The position numbers and the translations under genes are program-made. The notes beneath the pieces are model-generated. The model did not search any database, was not told the origin of the DNA, and worked only from the letters and a program-made list of their open reading frames with translations. This document shows, one piece after another, positions 13,195 to 25,880 of a stretch of 64,000 nt of DNA; within the stretch, counting starts at the first letter, position 1; every line of letters begins with the position of its first letter. Source of the DNA: Octopus vulgaris (lineage: Eukaryota); NCBI GenBank assembly GCA_951406725.2, contig OX597829.1:558001-622000 (forward strand), given 5' to 3'.

Positions 13195-13624
13195 CCAGGT
13201 CAGTTCTAATCCTTCGGGCTTCTAATCAAGCGTTTTTCATCCAGGACCTTACTGTATTTTATCCATCTGTAATGTATCCAGCTGCTTATTTTCCAGTTTG
13301 CGTCTTTTTGTTTCTTTTTTGCTGTTTACCTGTCCAATGAATTTTCATAGGTTTGTTCTAAACGCTCTTGCTTGTTTTAAGACTTTTAATTAGCCCTTGG
13401 TTTATACGCTCTTTGTTATATAAACCTTTCCTTTCATAAGCCCCATGTTATTCTAATGGTCGAAAAAAAAAATGATGAGAAGTGCGTCAAATATGATTCA
13501 TGGATACCAAGAAAACATGCCCCGTATATCCCATGTGATACGCAGGACAGGCAAACGGTTGAAAAAGTTAATTCTACATTTCCGTATCTCCTGATTTCAT
13601 TTTATTTATTTACTCTCTTTCTTT

Positions 13625-13823
13625 AGTCTTTTACTTGTTTCAATCATTTGACTGTGGCCATGCTGGAGCACCGCCTTTAGTCGAACAAATTGACCTTAGG
13701 ACTTATTCTTTGTAAGCCTAATATACTTATTCTATCGGTCTCTTTTGCCGAGTCGCTAAGTTACGGTGACGTAAACTGGCCACCATCGGTTGACAAGCGA
13801 CACACACATACACATACACACAC

Positions 13824-13897
<74 letters not shown>

Positions 13898-14062
13898 GAC
13901 AGGCTTCTTTCAGTTTCCGTCTACCAAATCCACTCACAAGGCATTGGTCGGCCCGTGGCTATAGTAGAAGACACTTGCTCAAGGTGCCATGCAGTGGGAC
14001 TGAACCCGGAACCATATGGCTGGTAAGCAAACTACTTACCACACAGCCACTCATACGCCTAT
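13625..14062 (-). mobile_element. SINE family C, full length
   Basis: Collinear with 6820-7258. Confidence 0.9.
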
Positions 14063-14786
14063 TTATTTATTTATTGTTCATGTTCTTCCTCCTAAGCCAG
14101 CTTTAGTCATTGATTTCAAATTTTTGGCACAAGTGCTAACGATACTGCCAGCTCGCGCGCATTAAATTCACTTTAACATCCAAAACCTTCACTTAAACAA
14201 TAATTTATGTTAACCTTAATTTTACTAACAAATCCCTTCTCTGATATACATACAATATGCTAAATCTGACATTAATTTAACTCCCTCTGAACCCGCTGAA
14301 ATTAACAGGGCACACCCTCTGCAACACTTACCCTTATCTATTTTTCATTTTTTTTTTTTTTTCATATTCCCCATTAACATACAACCGCCGACCACATTTC
14401 AAAAGATTTATGACCTTCTTATAAATAAGCATTTATTAGTTAAGGCGAACCGCAATAATTCACTATTCATTAGAAGAAAACTTATTCTATTTTTGTTTTT
14501 ACTGCTTATGTACACACATATAACCCGAGACCACCCTCGGATAACTACATTACATCCAATAATACCCCAAGACATACATATTACCCACCATTAACTCGAC
14601 ATTAAGATAATTTACCGAAAATTACCATTTTATAATTACATTTGAAACTGATTGACATTATTTCACTCTTTGCATTATTCTTCGGAATACGATCTTAGAT
14701 TTCCAATTTACCATTTCTTTAATATTTCTACATCGAATTCTTTAATTTATTGTTCCCTGTATTAGTGGTTTAATTCATCCAGAAAA

Positions 14787-15017
14787 GGCGGCGAGCTGGC
14801 AGAGTGGTTAGCACGCCGGGCGAATTGCTTAGCCGTATTTCGTCTGCCGTTTCGTTCTGAGTTCAGATTCCGCCGTGGTCGACTTTGCCTCTCATCCTTT
14901 CGGGGTCGATTACATAAGTACCAGTTAATCACTGGGGTCGATGTAATCGACTCAATCCGTTTGTCTGTCCTTGTTTGTCCTCTCTGTGTTTAGCCCCTTG
15001 TGGGTAGTAAAGAAATA
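14787..15017 (+). mobile_element. SINE family D2, full length
   Basis: GGCGGCGAGCTGGCAGA head to GTAAAGAAATA tail; ~20-bp TSD GGTTTAATTCA(T/C)CCAGAAAA at 14767-14786 and 15018-15037. Confidence 0.9.
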
Positions 15018-15193
15018 GGTTTAATTCACCCAGAAAACATTAACGCCTATAGGGTTACAATTACTCTAACAAACATCAACCTAATCTTTTTCTTTATCTT
15101 ATATTAAAATGAATACTTTCTACAACTATAAGTTTCTTTCATCTACCAGTTCTCCCTAGACAATTCGGTTGCACGGAAACTATGGGTAAACTC

Positions 15194-15236
<43 letters not shown>

Positions 15237-15237
15237 T

Positions 15238-15305
<68 letters not shown>

Positions 15306-15549
15306 ACACACATACACAAACGCACATGCTCGTATAATACATAGATACACACATAATCACTTCCATCCATCCATCCGTCCATCCATACATATACATGTGG
15401 AAACATACAGATACATATATATCTAATACATACATATATACATGCACACATGTATATATACATATCCCTATGTATTTGTGTGTGTCATGTGCATGTATAA
15501 TAACGTATCTACCTGGCAATCAGTTTATCTGTCCGTCTATCAGTCAGTT

Positions 15550-15591
<42 letters not shown>

Positions 15592-15639
15592 AGTGTCTGT
15601 CTGTCTATTTGTCTTTACGTACTCTTTCTCTCAATGTGT

Positions 15640-15835
15640 GCGATTGGCAGGCGGCCAGTACTGGTTTATTTCCGTTCCCATAACTCAGTGTCTCAGCAAG
15701 AAGAGCGACCAAAAGAATAAATATCAGACCATAAAAATATAAGAACAAGGGTCGATTTCTCGACGAAAAACTTTTCAAGCTTCTGTTCTGGAATGGCCTC
15801 AGTCCAATAAAGGAAAGAGGTAAAATAATAAAAAG
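15640..15835 (+). mobile_element. degenerate 3' half of SINE family C
   Basis: AAGGGTCGATTTCTCGACG...GAATGGCCTCAGTCCAAT...AAAATAATAAAAAG. Confidence 0.55.
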
Positions 15836-17139
15836 AAAAATACAAAGTCAATATTTCATCCAGTTTTAAAACTATTCATTCTATACGAGATATATTTTTC
15901 ATTAAAATACACATTATTTTAAAGATATATTTTCAAAAATGCATCGCGTCATTTTCGTTTCTTATCAGAGTTCAAGTATGTTTTTCTTATGAACGTAAAT
16001 GGCAAGTTGTACGTTAGCATGCACGCAAGTATGTGTGTATGTATGTATGTATGTATGTATGTATGTATGTATGTATGTATGTATTCATGCATGTGTATAT
16101 ATATATATATATTTATATTTATATTCATACATACACAAACGCACAATCATATATATGTATATGTGTGTGCGCGTATGCGTGTGTATATTCTTTTTTACTT
16201 TTATATATCCGTTGGTTTATACATCCATTGGTTTCTTGTTGAGAGAAATCTCTCACAATTATCAAGCCTGTCACATGAGAAGGTTTGTACTCGTTTCCGT
16301 TCTGAATGAAAATACAGGAGTTTACACGAGACTGTACGGGACTTGAGGATAAATAAACAAATATAATGATTATGCATACTCGTTCTAATGTTCTACGTGA
16401 CAGGCATTTCTCTCAGCATGAAACCATTGGTAGCCTTGTTAAACCACAAATAAAGAATATTTATCCACCAATGCGGTGTTGAGAACTCATCCCCATTGAT
16501 CGTATTTGCGTGTTTGTGTGGCGGGTAGGACAAAATCTCTGGAAAGAAATCCGAGAACAAAACTCCCTGAAGACAAAAAAAAATTAAGCACTTTTGAAAT
16601 CAACTTTTATTCTTATTATTTGTAGTTCATGAACACTTCTCTAAGATTTAAGATATCACATTAATTATATAATAACCCCAATTACAAAAGTGAGTATAAT
16701 AAAAAGAGCATCATAATGTATCTTTGAAAAATGAAAACAAACAATATCAAAAGCCTTATTAAGTGTTGAGATTCATTTAAAGTACATTTTACTAACAACC
16801 TTTATGCTGTGCTCTAAGCCATTCAGAAATTCCTCTTTGGTCTTCCTCTCGTTCACATAGCCCAGAGGAAGGACTTTGTCCTGGGGTAACGGTTGTCCGG
16901 GCTTCGTGCGTGCGCGTGTATGTGCGTAGGTATGTATATATTAAGGAGGAACAATCAAAATTAAAATCGGGGCATACCAAAATGAAACGCACCATATTAA
17001 TGATAACACGGTAAAACAAAAACCAACGGGTAGGCAATCCAGCAAATCCACTGGTGTTTGGTCATCTGGAATTCCAAGGGGAGAACTTCAGCGTTGTATA
17101 AAATAACATCAAGAAAACCAACATTTCATAAATGGAAGG

Positions 17140-17366
17140 AGGGTGGAATGTTAGCACGCCGGGCTAAATGCGCAGCCGTATTTCGTCTGCCGTTACGTTC
17201 TGAGTTCAAATTCCGCCGAGGTCGACTTTGCTTTCATCCTTTCGAGGTCGATAAATTAAGTACCAGTTACGCACTGGGGTCTATATAATCAACTTAATCG
17301 GTTGTCTGTCCTTGTTTGTCCCTTCTATGTTTAGCCCCTTGTGGGTAGTAAAGAAATAGGTATTTC
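17140..17366 (+). mobile_element. SINE family D2
   Basis: Collinear with 14787-15017; ends GAAATAGGTATTTC. Confidence 0.9.
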
Positions 17367-18489
17367 AGTTAGGTTGTCATAGAAAGTAGACAATAGAAGG
17401 AGTGACCAGACGCATGAGAAATTGTTGACCAAACATTATTAATTAGAATACAACAAAGGGAAATAGTGTTGTGTTTCGAGACGGTCATTTTTCTTTTTCT
17501 TTATTTTTTTTGCGAAATAAACATGCATTATATATTCGTTCTTCACTCGTTTATTATTCTAACTCTTGTCCATTGTCCAATCCTTCGTCATACATCTGTG
17601 ACCTCCTCAGCGACACTTTCCGTCTTCGTGTGTGCTCTTGCTCTGCTTATTCCATTCCCAGAACCAAAAAAAAATGACCATCCCGAAATATAACAATATC
17701 TGTTTCAACACACGACTTCACATCAGGAATCTTGCAACATAAATTCATAAACGTAAAAACGGAAAGATAAGAGGTAATTCCTATCTCATAGGTTCACTAA
17801 TTGTGGCGACACCCTGCAAAGTAAGCGTATATTAATTACTTTCAGTTACGCAGAAGTCAAGTTTTATTTAGCCAGTAAGCTGTGGACAATTTCTACAAGG
17901 GAACAATCTATTTGATTTCATCAGCTTGCATTATTAGATTTGTTTAAGGAATGTTCAGTTGGCGTATAAGCAGCGATATTTATTTTAAATATATAGTTTG
18001 AAAAGCTATAATATTTATGGATATGATTAGCATTATAGAACGGCATTGCCAAAGGTAATACGCAAGTGTAAATAGAATTATAAGTTTTCACTGTATACTG
18101 ATTATAGAAAATAGTCCGGCACATGTTTAATACGTAAAGTGTTAATTCAGGGAGATATTACTGAATATTGTATAGGGAAAGTTACTCCATGGAGATTTCT
18201 AAAACAAACACTGCAGAAATTTAGAAGAGAAAGACAGTGAAAGAGGGAGTGTTAGGGAGAATGAATAAAGAAATATAAAGGAATGAAGAACGAAGGAAAA
18301 AAATAAAATGAAAAGACAAATCGTGGCACAAACAACAACTATTAAAGAGAAACAGAGTAAGACAGGTTCCTTAAAAGTCAAGATAAAGGGTATATTAGGT
18401 GTAGATAAGTAGGTATATATATAATTTGTATCCAATTAATAGAGGCGTAAGATTTTGCGAATTAGATGCTATGAACAATATATATATAT

Positions 18490-18682
18490 GACCGCGTGTG
18501 TACCGTTGGCGATTTTTTTCCCTCCGTCTTCCCTTCTCTGGATCTTTCCTTCTCCTATGTTTCTGACAAAGAGCTCCACTCGAAACGTTCAACCCTCCTT
18601 CTTCCCTTCCTTCCTGAGCGTCCAATAACACTATACTTGTCCCACGTCCTCGCGTTGTTGTGTTTTCATGTTTGGATTAACT
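18490..18682 (+). mobile_element. Penelope-like (pLTR) fragment with hammerhead motif, inserted in (TA)n
   Basis: Second copy at 26185-26353; GTTT-CTGACAA-AGAGCTCCACTC-GAAACGTT-CAAC. Confidence 0.65.
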
Positions 18683-18704
18683 ATATATATATATGACAGA
18701 GAGA

Positions 18705-18840
18705 CCGGTGTGGGTATTTGGCTAGAAGCTTGCTTCTCAACCACATGGCTCCGGGTTCAGTCCCACTGCGTGGCACCTTGCGTAACCAAAGCCTTGTGAG
18801 TGGACTTGGTAGACGGAAACTGAAAGAAGCCTGTCGTACA
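18705..18840 (+). mobile_element. 5' half of SINE family C
   Basis: CCACATGGCTCCGGGTTCAGTCCCACTGCGTGGCACCTTG...GGAAACTGAAAGAAGCCTGTCGT. Confidence 0.8.
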
Positions 18841-18854
18841 CACAAGGAATAACA

Positions 18855-18887
<33 letters not shown>

Positions 18888-18903
18888 CATGTATATGTAC
18901 ATA

Positions 18904-18985
<82 letters not shown>

Positions 18986-19104
18986 CATATACATATACTT
19001 ATATACGTATTGTTATTCTTTCATAGAAACGGTAAAACTACAACAAATTAAAACTACATGGTACCCTTGAAGAATATTTTTCATTTCAAATATCTCTTAT
19101 CTTA

Positions 19105-19790
<686 letters not shown>

Positions 19791-19852
19791 CACACACACA
19801 TACACACACACATACATACATACATACATACATACATACATACATACATACT

Positions 19853-19955
19853 CTGTTGTTGATGTTGAAATTCCAATGAAGGAGCATTGGGTCTAGGTCA
19901 GAAACCGGTTCTTTCTCTATTGCCAAAGAAATCTTGAAATAAAACTGAACAATTA
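19853..19955 (+). repeat. short interspersed repeat G, possibly PLE-derived
   Basis: GATGTTGAAATTCC..GGAGCATTGGGTCTAGGTCAGAAACC recurs degenerately at ~21780-21830 (GGAGCATTGGATCTAGGTTTGAAACC). Confidence 0.5.
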
Positions 19956-19978
19956 CATACATACACACACGCACACAA

Positions 19979-20102
<124 letters not shown>

Positions 20103-20107
20103 ATATG

Positions 20108-20139
<32 letters not shown>

Positions 20140-20190
20140 TATATATATATGTATGTATATATATATATATTTACATATATACATACATAC

Positions 20191-20245
<55 letters not shown>

Positions 20246-20312
20246 TAAGTATATATATATATACATATATATATACATATATATATATGTATATATATAT
20301 ATATTTACATAT

Positions 20313-20374
<62 letters not shown>

Positions 20375-20642
20375 ATATATATTATCGCTTCAACCCACCC
20401 ACACAACATATTCATGAACTAAATTCTGAATTAAACAAGAATTAGATTTAATTATATAATGAAATATATCGTGTCTATTCTACGCTATGTGTGTGCGTGT
20501 GTGTGTGTGTGTGTGTACATAAACCTTAACTGATATTTAGTGAAATCCATTGTTCACTTACGCTGGCACCAGATACACAGACGCACTTATTAACAATGTT
20601 TCAAATTGAATTACATTTATAATTGCATTTATTACACTCATA

Positions 20643-20810
20643 GACGCAGGCGTGGCTGTGTTGCAAAAACTTTGCTTTCCAGCCACATGGTACCCGGTGC
20701 ACTCACACTGAGTGGCACCTTGAGTATGTGTCATCTTCTATAGCCCTGAGCTGACCAAAGCCTCGTGGGTTGGTTTCGGAGACAGAAACTGAAAGAAGCA
20801 CATCGTATGT
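20643..20810 (+). mobile_element. 5' half of SINE family C
   Basis: GACGCAGGCGTGGCTGTG...GAAACTGAAAGAAGC. Confidence 0.75.
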
Positions 20811-20858
20811 GTGTATGTATGTAAATATATATGTGTGTGTGTGTGTGTGTGTACACCG

Positions 20859-20930
<72 letters not shown>

Positions 20931-20962
20931 ATATATATATATATAATATGTATATATACATG

Positions 20963-21004
<42 letters not shown>

Positions 21005-21231
21005 TGTATATATAATATAATCTATAATATAAATTGGACATGGGCGATCGTTGTATTCTTTCATGTCTTGAGGTTCACAGTCAAACGGCTGGGTGGATTC
21101 GCGTGAAAAATGGTACACCTGTGGAGATGGGTGCATAAATTGGAATGTGGTTTCTATTTTTTCCTCAGCACCCATACTTACCGAGAAAATCGATTAAAAC
21201 TTTTTCTAATGGAATTCCCCACGCTTTACAC

Positions 21232-21576
21232 TAGTAGTTCTCAACCAGTGTCCATTCGGCCCCTTAGGGTCCGTATAAGATCGAGTCTACGTAACAAAAT
21301 AGTAAACTGGGGATACACAATGGTATTTTACGGTCCCTGAAAAGGACTTGCATTAAATGTATGTATTGGTATGTATTGCAAGAAACAACTTTTCTTTCTC
21401 CAACGTTTTACATAGTTCAAACCTGAACGATGTTAAAACACGAGGAAAACAAAATAGGAATTTTAAAAGAAGGATCTTTAAGACTAGTTTTTAAACATGG
21501 AATGGCTTTTGGGGGTCTACCAGAACAAAATAGTAGAGAAGGTGGTCCATAGATAAAAAATGATTGAGAGCCCCTA
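21232..21576. mobile_element. hAT-like MITE, degenerate
   Basis: Ends TAGTAGTTCTCAACC and GATTGAGAGCCCCTA resemble CAGTGGTTCTCAACC-type TIRs; internal ACTAGTTTTTAAACA shared, inverted, with 53980-54410. Confidence 0.6.
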
Positions 21577-23051
21577 CTTTAGAACGTGGGGATGAAGAAA
21601 GGAAACAAATAGAGATAGAGAAGGTTGATATAAGAGTACGGGTTTTAAGTACACATGCGCACATCTAGACATGCAGCTTTATGCCTGGGACTATACGCAT
21701 AAGACAAACATACAAATCTGCAAGTGCTTTTATTCTAAATTTTGCACATTTACACATATACAAGCATTGATACCCGGCTGGTGTTGGAATTGCTATTTAG
21801 GAGCATTGGATCTAGGTTTGAAACCTATATATAAAAATCACGCTACATACATTGAAAGTCTTTGAGTGCATAAAAATCATGAACCGAATGCGTCAGCTTC
21901 CCAGTGTCGCCATCTACCCGTATGGCTTCTTCCAAGTGATTTGAAAGTTTGTATATCTCCCTAGATTCTCTATAAAACTAATCTGAAAATAAAACAATTT
22001 TTTTATTGATGAGCCCGTGAGCGAAAGAAAATTATTAACCGTTGGACTCACAATAATGGATTAAACGAGCCAAAACTTCTAATTTGAATTCTTTATTTTA
22101 AGTTGCCTGGCCATATTCTATAAACTCGTCATCACCAGAAATACTCCAACATTCACTCAAGCACGCACACCAACACACGTGGGCATTCACAGACGTACGC
22201 ATTCACTCGTACGCATATGTAATGTATATGCGCATGCTCGGCAGTGTGACGGCAGCTTCCCCGTCCCACTGCCAAACATAGTGTCAATTATGCGAACTTA
22301 CCGTGAATGTCACGATAACGTTACATAACCCTGTCTTCTCTCACAGATGAAACTTTGGCAAAAATAGTGCACTGGCACTCACACACACACACACACACAC
22401 ACAGAGTCACGCTCACACAAACGCATACATGCACACGCACACACACACACACACACTCACACGTAAGAGAAAGGATGCTGTATAAAAAATATTAACAGAA
22501 AAAAATTAAAGCAGAACGTGATTCTAAGAAATAAAGAGACGAAGAAAAGTCCATCTAAAATTTTCATTGTTGTTTCGTATAAAAATCATTCGTTTTTAGT
22601 GAGTAATCCTTCCTTACCTGATGGTGACCTTTCAGTTGTTAGAAAACAAGAAATTAACATTTGATTGACAGTTGAACTTTAATGTAATACCGGTCTCTCT
22701 GCCTATGACCTTAAACCTAACTGCACTTAGCATGGAATGAAGTCAATGTTATGTAGTTCCAAGAGTAATTTACATCAATTGCTACCGGATTCAAAACGAG
22801 GCTGAAACAGGCAGGCAGGCAGGCAAGAATCCGTTGCATCCTTGTGAAGTAAAAATAAATAGAGAATTAGATAAAACTGAGAACCGTATTAAATTGAGAA
22901 CAACATTAAATGTACAGAATAATAGTCTTATAACTACACGCACACATCGCATGTAAGTAGGTATATGCAGGCATCTGTATTGCGTAAAATAGATAAATGG
23001 ATAGAATACAATAAAATGAACGAGACAAGCTATATTAAATGAATAACGAAT

Positions 23052-23472
23052 ACCTATTTCTTTACTATCCACAAGGGGCTAAACACAGAGGGAAAAAAAC
23101 AAGGACAGACAAAGGGATTAAGTCGATTACATCGACCCCAGTGCGTAACTGGTACTTAATTTATAGACCTTGAAAGGATGAAAGGCAAAGTCGACCTCGG
23201 CGGAATTTGAACTCAGAACGTAGCGGCAGACGAAATACCTATTTCTTTACTATCCACAAGGGGTTAAACACAGAGGGAACAAACAAGGACAGACAAACCG
23301 ATTAAGGCGATTACATCGACCCCAGTGCGTAACTGGTACTTAATTTATAGACCTTGAAAGGATGAAAGGCCAAGTCGACCTCGGCGGAATTTGAACTCAG
23401 AACGTAGCGGCAGACGAAATACCGCAAAGCAGTTCGCCCGGCGTGCTAACGTTTCTGCCAGCTCGGCGCCTT
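23052..23472 (-). mobile_element. SINE family D2 dimer (full copy plus headless repeat)
   Basis: Two ~190-bp bodies joined at GACGAAATACCTATTTC (23229-23246). Confidence 0.9.
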
Positions 23473-23687
23473 GATGTATAACATAATACAGTCCACCCCT
23501 CAGACACCGTCCCACACACACGTGTGTATGTGTGTGTATCTGATGCATGTTCTCAGTTTTTCTCAGCCATCGGAATAACTTGAGATTCGTGAAAGGAAAA
23601 CGTTTTTTATATTCCTCGGAACGTATGAAACAAGGACTAAATAAAGTCTGAAAACAAGCATTGACTTTTGGGATAAATTTATGGGAA

Positions 23688-23976
23688 TGTTCTGTCGTGT
23701 CTGGGGAGAGTCATTTTCTTTTTGTGCCTTATAATATAACACAGTCACCAGTAAAATTTCCACTTTTTTCTTATTTTTATTTTCCTAAAATTTTCGTTGC
23801 GTCTTGCAACCTTTTCAAGAGTCTTGACTCTTGAAAAGACCATTGAAAAGGTTGCAAGATGCAACGAAAATTATTTTAGGACAATAAAAATAAGAAAAAA
23901 AGTGGAAATTTTACCGGTGAGTGTGTTAAATTATAAGGCACAAAAAGAGAATGACTCTCCCCAGACACAACAGAAT
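23688..23976. repeat. ~290-bp near-perfect palindrome (foldback element)
   Basis: TTCTGTCGTGTCTGGGGAGAGTCATT...AATGACTCTCCCCAGACACAACAGAA; nested central hairpin TTTTCAAGAGTC-TT-GACTCTTGAAAA. Confidence 0.9.
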
Positions 23977-24509
23977 ATGCTTCAACACACGGACTCACAT
24001 AAAGAATCTTGCAAACCAAATCCAAAAACGAATTTTATGGGAACGTTTTAGACGTAACGGACTAAGCAAGCAATATGAATACAATGATAATTGAAAGCAA
24101 ATTTCAGTATTCTTCGTAATATGGGAACCGACAATACAGTGGTCAACTGTAGGTTGTACCGACAGAACAACCTTTTTTCGTAAGTGTGATTGCTGTAGAC
24201 AAACGAATCTTAGGCTTATGAAGAGCGACGAAAACCCAAGCTACACCATTGCGATTATTTTTATTATTATTAATTTTGGTTGTAAGAAAAAGGGTATGAT
24301 CCTATTCCTTACATACTAGTGGGATTTGGTTCAGATTGCTAGTAACCAAAACCATAGCCGTCACTTGCAAGCGAGCATGGCCTAGTAGTATGTATTCTGT
24401 TCTGGAGAATTATTTTATGCATTTATGTACTAACGAGCAGATGTAGATACCTTTTCGGATATCCAACTCATTTTATTCACCAGAAAACCGAAAATATAAC
24501 GGCAGGTAA

Positions 24510-24526
24510 GAGAGAGAGAGGGAGGG

Positions 24527-24593
<67 letters not shown>

Positions 24594-24604
24594 CAGACAG
24601 ACAA

Positions 24605-24638
<34 letters not shown>

Positions 24639-24650
24639 AGAGTGAAAGAG
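24510..24650. repeat. (GA)n/(GATA)n microsatellite
   Basis: Directly visible. Confidence 0.95.
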
Positions 24651-24682
24651 AAAGACGTGGAGGCTACACCACCAACTGGACG

Positions 24683-24812
24683 GTATTTACAGCTGAGTAA
24701 ACCGGGAATGAAATGTGAAATGAAGCGCCTTACTCAATGACCCAATGCACTACCCGGTCTGGGAATTGAAACCGCGACTTTATGATCGTGAGCTGAACAC
24801 CCTAATCGCCAG
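24683..24812 (-). mobile_element. tRNA-head SINE fragment, family F-like
   Basis: Reverse strand GGTTTCAATTCCCAGACC...TTGAGTAAGGCGCTTCATTTCAC...ACTCAGCTG, similar to 30018-30150. Confidence 0.6.
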
Positions 24813-25199
24813 GTAACCTGAGTAAACAAATTAAGGCATTTTGCTCAATGCTCTACCCATTCTGCCATGTTTAATAATCCTGATTTAATATTAAAAAAAA
24901 CAAAACACAAATGGTCAAATGGAAAATAGAAACAACGTTTGGATATTCTTTATTTGGATATTCCTCATATTAAGGAAATAGTGAAAAGATGGAAAACGGA
25001 GTCAATTCAGGTAAAGTTCCAAGTGAAACTATGTCGCTATTAATTATAATTAATACAATTAATAAAGACTGAAGCAGTAGTAAGACCATTGTCATGATCA
25101 AGGAAGACCGAAATCACGTGATGTGGTAGTCCTGGCGGTGACGATGGCAGTTGTGTGTGTGTGTGTATGTATGTGTGTGTGTGCGTGCATGCGTGTGTG

Positions 25200-25420
25200 T
25201 ATGTTCGTGTGTCTGTGTTTGTCCCTTCATCATCGCTTGACAATCGCTGTTGGTGTGTTTACATCCCCGTAACTTGGTGGTTCGGCAAAAGTGGCCGATA
25301 GAATAGTAACTAGGCTTACAAAGAATTAGTCCTGGGATCGATTTCTTCGACTAAAGGCGATGCTCCAGCATGGCCGCAGTCAAATGACTGAAACAAGCTA
25401 AAAAGAGTAAACAAAAAAGA
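25200..25420 (+). mobile_element. 3' half of SINE family C
   Basis: GTGTCTGTGTTTGTCCC...GCTCCAGCATGGCCGCAGTCAAATGACTGAAAC. Confidence 0.85.
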
Positions 25421-25880
25421 GTATATGTATGCATGTATATATGTATCATGAATGTATGTATAAATGTCTATGTATGTATTATGTATACATGTATTTATGT
25501 CTATGTATATATGTTTGTGTGTATGTATGAATGTCTATATATATGTATGTATGCATATTTGTATGTATGTATGCATGTATATATATATAATGAATGTATG
25601 TATAAATTTCTATGTATGTATTATGTATACATGTATGTATATCTATGTATATATGTTTGTGTGTATGTCTGAATGTCTATATATATATATATATATATAA
25701 TAATAAATATTAGGGAATAAATCCAAAATTACGGGGAAAAAATCAGATTTAGGATTAAATCCAATTTTATAGTAAAATATTATATAATATTAATTCGAGA
25801 CAAAACCACTATTTTGCAAATCAAACAAGGAAAGACTTAATCAATACATAAAAAAATTTTAATATAAAGTAAATAAATCG

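Noticed and set aside
22005-22030. TTGATGAGCCCGTGAGCGAAA hammerhead-like motif
   Set aside because: First box mutated, 2-bp stem II, and no stem I or III
24428-24511. 65-nt plus-strand exon (TACTAAC..CAG|...CAG|GTAAG)
   Set aside because: No polypyrimidine tract, no recognisable peptide, and partly resembles decayed SINE sequence
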